From Balanoglossus misakiensis (lineage: Eukaryota > Animalia > Hemichordata): DNA of 64,000 nt. The first letter of the stretch is position 1. Every line of letters begins with the position of its first letter. Under the pieces are notes generated by a model that worked only from the letters and a program-made list of their open reading frames with translations, was not told the origin of the DNA and did no database searches. The position numbers were made by a program, and so were the translations under genes. Location: NCBI GenBank assembly GCA_040954595.2, contig CM082590.2, positions 4,464,001 to 4,528,000 on the forward strand, given 5' to 3'. This document shows positions 52,521 to 64,000 of the stretch, piece by piece.

Positions 52521-54569
52521 TGCTCAGGACCAATCTTTATCTTTATGCATGCAACGCCTGTATTTAGTAATGTGTTATTATTGGCTCCGAATTGTAAACG
52601 GAGGAGTCTATCAAATTGAGTATGAGCTACTACTTCCGTCCGTCAACCCTACTTCCGTCCGTCAACCTGTCAAGAATCCATACCATTTTCTAGTAGGGGT
52701 GTGTAGCTTTATGTTTTGGGCGGTGGTGTGTAGCTTTGAGGTGTTGAGGAAGAATTGGAACAGTGACAGAAATCGGAACGGATTAGCCAGCAGTCTTTTC
52801 GCTACCCGCGAGAAAAAAGTTGTTTGGCGAGACGATTTTCATAAAAATTAGCCAAATTTGCGAAGCACTGCTATCTAACTTCGTCGTTTGTTTTGCCATG
52901 ATCAGTGCACTACAACACATGAAAGTGGACCGCTGTTCTGTTCATTGATCATCACCCCCCTGTATCCTGAACATCGCAAGGCAATGCATTGAATTCAGCT
53001 CTTCCAGCTAGTGGCCGCACTCTGGGGACACAAAGAATGCATATGCGTCTTTTCCTAATTTGCATATTTTGAATGTGTTAGGTCTGCCTTGACTTGAACG
53101 CGTGCAGTGTACAGGTTATAATGGAAGTTTCTTTTTAGAACCACTAGTGTTAGTCTGTGGGCCCAACCAGCAAAAAAAGGTTCTAGAAATGTAATTATGT
53201 TGTATAGGAGTTTTGTTCTACATGAAATTAGCTGGAAATGACGGGTGGGAAACTATTGATGTGAAATCAGGTCACTTCTACCAAAAATGATGGACCAGAG
53301 AGCAATGACTATTTCAATTTATTTCCCATACTATGTTCACAACTGCTATGCTCCCATAAACTGGGGAAACTAAATGATTGAACTTTCTGTTTGAACAACA
53401 ATTCATGTATTTTTTTGCTAACACCTACACTACTATAGTCAGCACATGACAGTATATACTTGAAAAGGGAGAACTTTTTATCAAAACACTTCAGCTGATC
53501 TTGAATGCTGTCTGATATTTCTCATAGCTTGCACTGGTGCTATTTGATATGACAGTAGACAATGAATTCCATCAGTATAACATAAGATACAAAATCTGAG
53601 AGGGAAATGACAATGTATTTGTGTGAGGCCATTTGTGTGTGCGGGGCCATTTTTAAGGCTAAATTTAAAACAGTTATTAGAGCCCTTGACAAGTGGTTTT
53701 TCCCACTGCCAAGCACCCACCTTATCAGGCTGCATTCAATATTACATGAGCAAAATAGTTCAGCATTTCACCTTGGTGTTTGCAAATTGTTCCTTTCAAC
53801 CATATACCAAACCATTGTTCTCCAAACATGCTGCTCATCATCCACTACACACTGAGCGAGCACCAAGTGTCCTTGACACAATTTTTTTTATGTGGATGTG
53901 ACTATGAATATGAAAGCTGCCACCCCCTTTGAATAATTCTACAGCCTACGTTGATCACCTTACCCACATACTCCAGCGACCCCCAGGCGATAGGTTCAAA
54001 TTTCTGGCCGTGAAATTGTTTATCTTGACGCGCGCATCTTTTCAAAGCTTAGCGTTTTTAAAGGTATTCATGTATGTTTGACCGATATCGCGTTGCATTC
54101 TGGTAATATGACAATATATTGACTCCTTGCTGCACAACTCAAAATATGAAAAAAATATGGCTACATTACCTGAATACAACGCGATACTGGTAAAACTTGT
54201 TGTAATATCTCCTAAATGTTAATCCCCATAATGTAATATGGAAATGGGACTCGGAGCAAATGACAGGTGTACAAGAGATGTTGGAGTGTCCAAGGAATGT
54301 GTCGTTTAGGATAGACTCAGAAACGCGACAACACCCACTTTGCAATGTAAACAAAAATGCCGACATGCACTGTGAACTCGCACCTATAAAACAAAGATAA
54401 GGCAAATGCGTCCAACATGAATAATGCCCGTTCGTTAAAATAATGTTTTAGAAGTTCAGAATAGTAACTGAGATTCCCCTTTTGTCAACCTAAATTTTCT
54501 TTTAATAATCTCGAATACATTCAAGAATCCTTGTTGCATCATTTCCAAATTCCACAAACAAACTCATAA

Positions 54570-56161
54570 GGCCAAAGTAAGTAAATTCTTTGTTTTGCGT
54601 CCGCGCGCGCGTAGGTTTTCGGGCTTTTTTGAGAAAAATAACACAAAACTCATTTGCATAAATTTCCAATCCACGGCGGTATTTTGTCGAAAAAAATGAC
54701 ATTTCGACAAATGCCACTTTACGGCAGTCCTATTCTAATCATGGTGTGACGTAAAACGGTACGCCCTACAGCAACTGCGCATGCTCGTAGGTGCAGGCTG
54801 CTGCACGCGTCCTGTCGCCGCGCATCTCCTCTGTCTGCTGGGAAAGCCAGGGATCCCCGTGATTTAACATGAATGAAGCCAACGAAAAAGTCGTCCTAAA
54901 GGTTACGGAAAAAGATAAAACTATCCTTGACTAGTTCAGGATGGAAGTGACCGACGCGCAAAACTTTGCACGGCTACTGGAAGCCATGGTGAATGTACCA
55001 TAAAGCCGGCCAGACAGTGTTTCAGTCGCCGATCATCACCACCTCGTCTACCAAAGGATGTTTTTCACCTTTTGTGCGGCCCCATACCCAGGTAACTAAT
55101 TTATCTTAGTAGAGAAAACTTTTATAGTCAAGCCAGAACACAATAATCTTTGTTGCTGTTTGATCACAGGGGGCTCTCCCTCCGCGATTTTGTTTGTTGT
55201 TATTGATTGGCATAATAAATAAATATGGTCACGTTTGTTTGTTGACATGTAAGGTATACTAGTATTCAACGGTCAGGGTTAGGGTGTACATGTATTCAAC
55301 GGTTAGAGTAAGTGTTGGCATTTTTTCGATCCATGGCACTCCCACCTGACCGTTGAATACACCGTGACCCTAACCCTGACCGTTGAATATTATACCTAAC
55401 ATGTCAACAGACAAACGTGACCATATTTATTTATTATGCCAATCAATAACAACAACAAACAAACAAAATCGCGGAGGGAGAGCCCCTTGTGGTTTGATTT
55501 CTGTCTTTTAAATCCAGTCACATGTTTTTTTTATTTTGTTAGATGTTTTCCTGGACAGTTTTTAAATATATTCATAAAGTGTGAAACAGTTATATTTGTC
55601 ACATTTTATTTTCAAATATTTGATATTTAAAATTCATTTCATTTGTGATTTTTAGATCTAGGTCCACCAAATGATGGTGAGCATTACAAATCGTTCTGTC
55701 AGTGAAATGGTACTAGAGAAAGGGAGCATTTAAAGGGGGGGTAAGCAAAAGAAAATTCCATGGTGGTAGATCAGTAAAAATAGGTGGTGGGACTGTGAAG
55801 TTCAGTGAATGTAGAACATTTGTGTTTTTTTGCAATACAGTCATATTATCATTATCATCTCATGGGTTGGCATATGCATCATACTTCGTAGCGAGATGTT
55901 ATCAATATACTCAAGCATGTTTTCGTATTTTGTTTACAGAATTTTCAAAAACATTTCTTCACAGAAATGTTTCATCGTGATCAACCAAACTTGGCAGATG
56001 GAAGTTTCTCCACATTACTACAGTGCCAGATTGAATAGTCCTGATGTTTGATATGTTTGTGGGTCAGGAATCATCTCATCCCTATTACACCGGATATGAG
56101 GGAACAGTACCAGTTTAGAATTTTGAGTGGACGCAAAACAAAGAATTTACTTACTTTGGCC
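54570..56161. mobile_element. Harbinger-like element, copy 2 (1592 bp, deletion of about 260 bp near the right end)
   Basis: Same TIRs and interior as 21971-23821. TAA TSD at 54567-69 and 56162-64. Empty paralogous site aactaa-taa-ttgtaac at about 49585-49600. Confidence 0.9.
55165..55491. mobile_element. Nested foldback MITE, copy 2
   Basis: Same position, arms and GTTTGAT TSD as 22583-22913. Confidence 0.85.
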
Positions 56162-59100
56162 TAATTGTAACATTAGCTGACTTTAGTCTTGAACTGAATA
56201 CACTCAACATAGATTACTGAATGGCACGCTGCCAAATCCACTGGACGTCGACCAGCATACACGGTCAGAAAACTCGCTAAATGACAGAGCAAACAACTTT
56301 GATAACAACGCCGCTTTGCAAGGTTTATTGCTGTCCACGCCTGCCTCGCACAAATGGAATTCAACTGAAACCACTCGACGTCATTTATTGCAACCAGTGT
56401 TTATCTTTACGCACAGAAAAATACCCCAGCTGTAAAATATAAACATATAAAGAATTTTTAAGTCTGAATTCGTTCCTCTCTATAAAATACACGTATACAT
56501 TTTATATCCGTCAACTGTCTTGTAATGTTAATTGTTGATTCGGGTATAGAGACATATGCTGGAATGTACTAGCGTAGCGCGGGCATGTGTCGAATTTCAG
56601 ATATAAGAAAACAACTGAGATTATTATATATAATCCCATGATATTTTTATTTGTTTGACGTCATCGTATACGAGTGATTTTCGCGGAGCCGTGCAACTTA
56701 GAGCCGTAGGCGAGAAGTTGTACGACTTCGCGAAAACCACGTTTATACGATGACGTTAAACAAAGAAAAATATCATAGGATTATATATTTATCACATGAA
56801 CAGTCTTCTCATTTTTCGTTAGAAGAGGTAGAATAAAAATATTCCAATATCTTGCTAAAATATTTGAGCGGCCTTGTAGTTTATTTAGCGGGATTACGTT
56901 CTTTCCCCTGTGCAACGATCTGTGACCCTCACTAGATATGCTAATGATGGAATCACTTTCATTCATAAAGTGAAATCGACTTTCAAGTTTTATACACTTT
57001 GCGTCTTGTCTGTAGTCAGGCGGAGTAATACACTGTTTTATATTTGTAACGCGACACTTGTCGCACTAATACATTGTTCTTGCCCAGTGCGCTTACGCTG
57101 GACAGAAACACAATGACCGATGGGTCGGAAATGAGCCAAATTTTGACGGGTAGTTTTGTTATACAGTTAATCGTAGTATGACGGAGGTTTATAAAAAACT
57201 ATCAATCAGATTCGCGGAGTCAGTCACATGGGCCAACTTTGATACATTTTGCCTGTCAATCATCGTCTCGCGATGTGTACGTGTCAACACAACGTCCCAG
57301 CAAGTCATCGCGTCGAGTTCGTCGAGTTGCTGTTTGACAGAAAAAAGTGACGCGCTTCATGTAAAACTTTATGAAAAAATAAACACAAGTCTATTGCCAT
57401 ATATCCCCAAACCATTAATGTGACAGGATATTAAAAATATTAGTCCAGGAACGGTGTTGTGTTTCCGCAGAAATACAAGCCTCGTACAGATCTCAGCCTC
57501 GGACCCCAGACAAATGTTTTCGACTCTTTAACAAATGAACTGCGGCGTTTTTCCACGTCTTATACATTTTGTTGACGGGTGGACAGAATACAGAGTTTTA
57601 GTCGTCCCGCTCAGCTGACTCGAAACCATTTCCGTAACTTCTGTAAGCCTAATATCAAGTCTGCCGGCTCGCTCGGGACCAGGCTCGCCAGCTGCAAGCA
57701 CACATCCACGATCGTAGCGTCGACTTTTCTACCTTTCTCGTATTGATTTTACCCAGCGATATTCTCATGGAACCGTCATTTTTATTTCAAATATGTACAA
57801 CCAGGGGTACATGCACTTGTTATTCCCATTTAAAAGAAAGTTACAGCGACGGCCGAATTAGCGAAAATAATTCCGATTGATGACGTAGAACAGGGGGTAA
57901 ATTTGGATTTTTTATTCGACCTGTCCTACGTCACACAGGTGGCTATACGGGCCAGTTCATGTGATAAACTATAAAATTCAGCACAGAGAGGGAACTGAAG
58001 AGGCTTATCAATCAAGAATTTGTGAGGCGAGACATATTTAAAGAAGGGCAATTGACACATGACCCACAACACACGCACTGATAAGAACAACAGTATCAGA
58101 CCCACGTTGACAAACAGTTCTAGACAGGTCAGGTCAATTTTTGATTTCCATCCCTGTACCATGTTGTCCCCTCTCTGGGCGCACACCAAGTCAACCGGAT
58201 ACAACGACCTCACATGTGCAACGAATGTAAATGTTTTTGTTAGGCAACTGCTTGCAGAATCTGGCCTACACCTTCATCTGAATACATTTGGAGTCAGTGA
58301 GACTCCATGTGTGCCAGTGTTAATTGTGTCATATTTATCACCACCGTTCATCCACATTAGTACTTTTGACTAAAATTGATTAAAACATAGACCAGCCACT
58401 ATTCATTCTTATCAGCGCTCTCCCACTGGTACTAAGTAAATGAGTATGGAGGACATCCGTTCCATCACATTACCACTACAAAATTAATTCATATATTTGA
58501 CCTTCCAGCTATGATGTTTTGGACTATATACATCAAGTATTGTTTTTGTTGATATTCCAATCTGGTGATTTGTTTTTGAATTAATTTTCATACAGCCTAA
58601 TCAGCTTGTAATCAGAAGCAACTTACTCTAGGTCTTAAAGATTAAATACTGTTTGTCCTATCAGATTTATGGCATTTGAAACCACGCAACACATTTAATA
58701 TGTAGCTCTGAATGTTTGTTTAGTTGGTAGAGAAATACTCCACCATTCAAACACACAATCAAGCAGCATAAAGAAACACTTCTCAACCAGATCATGATAA
58801 AGTCAGGATTATCATGAGCTAGAATTCAAACGGCTATTTGCCTGGGATTTACAACAACAAACACAAAGATAGGTTTGGCAGTTAAGGCAGTGATTTATCG
58901 AACAATAAACTGTCAACAGTAAGGCAGTACACCAAATATCATAGACGAGGAACCAGAAAAGGATTAGCAAGATGAAGGAAACAGGCAGAGATAAAAACAA
59001 AAACGACATAGAAATGAGCATGAGAAAGTGGGAACAAACAAGATGGGGATGAAGTGGGTAGGTGACAAAATGAAACAGCTCCCAAGATGGCTGGAAGCCA

Positions 59101-62100
59101 ACGTGAGGCTTATCTTACTGAGATGTGATAGAGGGCACTAGACCAAGCTGATGATGTTGCGATATATACTAGAATTCAGAATATGGAACAGAGTTGTAAA
59201 TTACACAAAATTATTACACCAATACATCGTCTTAAACCACGGCCCCTTTACGGCAACATTTTCTGCGATGCCAGAATAGGCGGTGGTTTTATTCGCAGTT
59301 TTATAATTATTAATCGGTCAGTTCCAGCTCTGGCGAAACTGCGTCTCATTAATATATCCTCATGAAAATTAAACTGTCACTTTGCCTACAGCCGAGTATT
59401 TTGATTTATACTTCAGATCTCTGTCCTGTGTGTGTGTTGGGTGATTGGTGGTGAGTCGCTGCTCTGTTTCGACCTTGGTGTAAATCACAGTCGAGGATTG
59501 ACTGTGTGTAAATCTTTTTGCTCGTGTCCGCTTAATATCCGGAGACTTCAGTGGAGTCGCTCAGGTCTGACTGTCAAAAGGACACCGCTAGCACAAGTAT
59601 GCAGTAAATCATGACAGGTTAAGTAGCTCCATGAGTAAACACGAGTACTAAATTAGATTACATCTGAGACACACTGCACTGACTACATGATCATGTGTCT
59701 GCATGGCCACGCAATTGACAATTTACATACATGTAAAAACGAATAACCTTGAAACGTTGAACACACATGAAACATACGTAGTGCATGGAAAAGCTAAAAC
59801 AACTTCATTTTGGTTAATTATAATCAACAAAATCACGAAACGGTGAAATAGTGAAATGATTAAATACAGTAACCGAACAATGGAGAACTTCATAAACAAA
59901 GAAAAAAATAAAGCCGAGAAACAACAAAACGGACGGTCGACAGAATGCACTGTACTAGTATTTCACTCATGCCATCGTCCCCTTATACAGTGCCCCCATG
60001 TGGCTAAGGGAATTGAAAGATATTACAGGGTGTGTGGAGTACAGGCTCCATGGATAATTAAAACACCCGCACAGTAAGCACAATTTCTTGATGCAGGAGG
60101 AAAATAGAACAAAAGAATAATCATTAATCATATGATGAAAATCCGACATGTCTAGACATTCTCGTCAAACCAACCCATCCACATAAAACCGACTGAGCTT
60201 TGCATGTTCACACAATTGAGTGCAAAGAAAGCTAACAGAAGACCGGTAGATACTGTAAGTGTTGACTCAAAGCGTTGGACACAAGGACCAAACCTGACAC
60301 CGAAATTCTCATACTGAATGTGATAACATATACCACCCCCATTCATCTGAATTGGAATATATACGGACAGAACAATATTAAAACACCCACATTTAGAAAC
60401 ATTTAGACATTTTGTACGCAGCAAATGTTGAATGACGTCAAATGTGTGTTATTGAATTGCTATTCCATGTGAATTATTATTTTGCATGGTGTTTTTCTTT
60501 GGCTTCATTTGCGTGGTGGTGTTGCCATGGTGACCATTACTGGGCTGACTTGTCTGGCAAGCTAGAGATGGAGGGGTTTCCCCATCTCTCCCCTGGTGAA
60601 TCAATCACCAATCAGAAGTGCGTTCTGGGTCACGTGATGAGCCTGTCTATCATGTATATTTGAAGGGGGGGGGATTAGCGTGGATCTGTTGAAGGAGGAA
60701 CCTGAAGTTTCAGTTCTGTGCAACTTTACCTGATTAGTCCAGTTTTATCCCTATCGGTTAGCCAGCCCCGGGTCACCGATCGGAGATCTAAGACGTGTTT
60801 ACCTTAGCAGCTCGGTGTGGGCCGGTATCTTCATCAAGACGCCTGCTTTCCGCGTTCTGACGAGTTCTGACCGCTGTATTTAGAGACAGCGCTGTTTGTG
60901 AGAGGCTCACTCCGGTCCGCCTGCGCCCTACCAGTTTTCCGAGGTATACCGTTCGGGTTTCCGTCACAATTGGTGGCATCTTCAGGATTGTTACGGCAAC
61001 TTTGGTTCAGCTAAGCCCCTTTCGAATATTCGCTAAGGTCTGGATCATCATCATCAATCATCAATCGAAGGGATTTATAGAGCGCCAAACTCCACTGCAA
61101 TAGTGTTCAATGACGCTTTACTTTTCAGGGATATTTTGTCCCACACGAGCCGCAACTCGTGTCAGAAATACGATCCCAGGTCCTTGGGAGTGTGAGATTC
61201 TATTTTTCCCTTTGACTGTTGAGGGCTTACTGAAGCCAGAAGAGAAGGCTTCTTTCACCAAAAGAACTTGCAACTGGGAACTAAAGTACAAATTATTATA
61301 CAAAGAATTTAATGGATTGATTTTACGTTATTCACCTCAACATGAGTAAATTGAAAGGTATAGAAAGTTCAAGTGCGAAGGAAGAACCACACATCCGAGA
61401 GGGCAGTAAGAAACATTCTACAAACATTACTCTGTAGTGAGAGGACAGATAAACTGCAAACAGCTTTACAGTGTATGTCCCCTGACGTTTTATTACTTAA
61501 TATATTTTCAAACTAGTTGGAAAATGCCTCGTCCCTTCATCCAGAGAGCAGCGATTCTTCTCTGTCCATGTTATGCCAGCCAGCTGATACGTCACCCTAT
61601 TAACAGAATCCGGCGCAACCCACCAGATAATGGTGCAATCCAAGCTGCCTCCGCCGTCCCTTCACTATAACCGACTACAGAATGACAATCAAAAATGCTT
61701 CACCGATAACACTTTTGAGTATATTGGTCAAAGAGGTTCTACATAAACGTTTTAAGTGGCTCTTCTTCGAGATGGAATGGTTTTGTGTGAATATAGCACT
61801 GGCGCGCGAAGCGATCGAAACTACCGCATTGAACGAGCCCTCCTACCCAGCGTTCCCGGGTGTCATTGCCTGAGCATGCGTAGAAGTAGTACGAGGCAAT
61901 CTGGCGCGCGACAATGTGTAGGCCACATTAGCTCGAGTGAACTAAATTTGACTGTTTTTCGGAGTTTTTCCACGCATTTCCTTTTAAAGAATAGAGTGTG
62001 GTTCTGTCCGACCTCAGACATTTACCGACTGTGTTCAAGACTGGTTTTTAAACGAACCGGGTGAATTATTCGTGATTGAATTAGGCCTATGTCCGCTGTC

Positions 62101-64000
62101 ACGTTGTAGGCTGCCGGGCTGGCCGCCCTAACTAGCTACCGCCCAGGGAAGTGTGTTACGATGTACTGTAGGACTAGACTAGACTGGTTTTTGGTGTGGT
62201 CTGTGGTTGCTTGAGCTTGGACTAAGTGTTGTCGCAGGTGCCTTTGGAAAGCTAACTTCAGCGTTCTGGGTCTCTAGCAACTTGAGTTAGAGATCTGGTT
62301 CGGGGCACTAGCGTCAGTGCTGGTTCAACCTTGGGTCAACATTGGTCTTTTCATATTGTTTGTTTTTCTCTCGGTTCCGTCGTAATTGCAACGGGCCAGT
62401 CTGCTCAGATGGCGATGTAAATATCAAAAGCAGTCGATAGTGGTTAGGTCAGAGTGCAGTGTTGATGATATTTCAAGCGACGGAAGGGCTAGTTCCTTGG
62501 AAAATGTATGCAAAACTTGCAGTAGAATATAATTGCATGAATATATCAGTGATAGTCTGCACATAAAATTAAATTGAAAACTCAAATTACCGAGTTGAAA
62601 GTAAATCTTCTGGGCGCATTTATTAACCTGTAGACGTGTAAATGTTTCTTGATTGGTGTATAGTAGGCCCGGGGTCGTGTTAATGGAAATCAATAGATTA
62701 TGGTGATCCAATTTCCCTAATGGTACGAAAAGGGAGGGATCTACATTCAGCGGTCAGTTGCTGAGCCTGAATGCAGTGAAGCAGGCCGTCTGATCGCAAC
62801 CACCGAGGAGACCTTATTGGTCCATTGCAGGTCACGTGACAAACATGTGACTACGAATAGCAAGGTTGCAGACGTATCGAGTATGGGAACTAAGGGATGG
62901 CCCATTAAATTTGAGTGTGTTCATGAATTATACCTGATATTTTTCATGAATATTTTTTTTATGAATCTGCTTGTCTAATTGCTTTGAATTTTGGTAGGTG
63001 TATTCCGTCTGGTGATTGAAGTAAGATATTGTAAAATTCTGGCAATATTTGCAAATTTGGGTTTTTGGCAAGTTTTGAACAAAAATCGTTTTCTCTGAAA
63101 CTGCTTGTCAGATTACTTTGAAAGAATGTTGGTTACATTTGCCCCCCCCCCCCTAACCATGAATTGCTCCCTAAGCCCCTGGCCTCGCAAATTATTCGTA
63201 CAATGTGCACTTTCATCCATTAAGGCTTAGATTATTCCTCAAATAATTTAGCAAAAACATAAACAGAAAATAATTTCAAATAAATGCAACACAATTATAA
63301 TGATGACCAATGGGATATTCATTGTCCTATCATAGAACATTGAAAGGGTATATAAATAAGGCTTCCATCAAAAGGTACTACCTAATTAAATGTAGATTTA
63401 ATTTTTTTTTTCAGTTAAAATGAATATAGTGCAAACAAATTCTGAAAATATTGTGTCAATTTTATTCAAACAAAATTGCCAATATTGGAATGAATTTTTC
63501 AAATACATGTCATCAATAATTGAAATATCAACCTGTCTTCTTTATTAGTATATGTAGATATCTTAAAAAACTATAATTCTTATTAATATGCCCAGAAGTT
63601 TGGGGTTTTAAGAATCACGGAAATGTTATTTTTGGTACTAAAATTCAAAAGTTTGATCGTGCTTACAAATTTCGAGATAGTGCATTCAAGCAAAGAAAAC
63701 AACTAAACATATTTTGAACTAAAGCAATTTGTAATACATTGTTTGTGGATGATTTTCCACATTCTGAAAAGTAAACTTTCCCTTCGACTATAACCATACC
63801 AAAAAATAAGGAAATGTGACTGTAAAAATAAGGAAATGTGACTGTAATCTTTACACAATCTTTAACTGAATGTGTTGGCCAGTATTGTCAGCACCAACAA
63901 TCTTGTCATTTGAGATGGTTGCATTTTCCTTCACATTATACAAACCCATTCGTTTGTACAGCTAACCTTGTCAGTAATACTCAGAAACTACATTTAAACA

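Larger units (their letters stand above)
43250..58830. repeat. Degenerate tandem segmental duplication, period about 4-4.5 kb, three partial copies
   Basis: Paralogous ORF-track entries at 43760/48293, 45273/49307, 46313/50333/56910, 50606/57178 and 47352/58059. Part of the unit also matches 20760-21870. Confidence 0.88.

Noticed and set aside
58819-59178. Purine-rich insert flanked by ctagaattca direct repeats
   Set aside because: The sequence after the second repeat does not resume the paralogous flank, so a TSD is not supported.
60420-62800. LTR retroelement (gtcaca-at-tggtggca resembling an LTR end plus PBS at about 60963-60978; purine tracts at about 60662 and 62726)
   Set aside because: No second LTR, TSD or gag/pol ORF was found. 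It may be a retroelement remnant, but I cannot support the call.

Overview
AT-rich, intron-containing eukaryotic DNA, most likely an invertebrate animal (inferred from spliceosomal introns and MITE/SINE content). There is one clear protein-coding gene, on the minus strand at 18857->1696. It encodes an ankyrin-LRR-Roc-COR (ROCO-family GTPase) protein of about 1300 aa with no kinase domain. The ORF track shows only its 3.2-kb last exon. I reconstructed nine further phase-0 exons by hand: a start exon, an N-terminal ankyrin-like exon, five 99-nt exons each encoding one ankyrin repeat (three are recent tandem duplicates with GC donors), and two duplicated ankyrin 'cap' micro-exons. Upstream of the gene lie kB, DR1 and CRE motifs, a 17-kb macrosatellite (10 x ~1737 bp) carrying a decayed coiled-coil exon and a probable transposon excision footprint, and a degenerate ~4.5-kb tandem duplication. 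That duplicated region includes a relic of the ROCO gene's own 5' end. Many non-autonomous DNA transposons are present, with readable TIRs and 3-, 7- or 9-bp TSDs, and several are nested. I found no RNA genes or CRISPR arrays.
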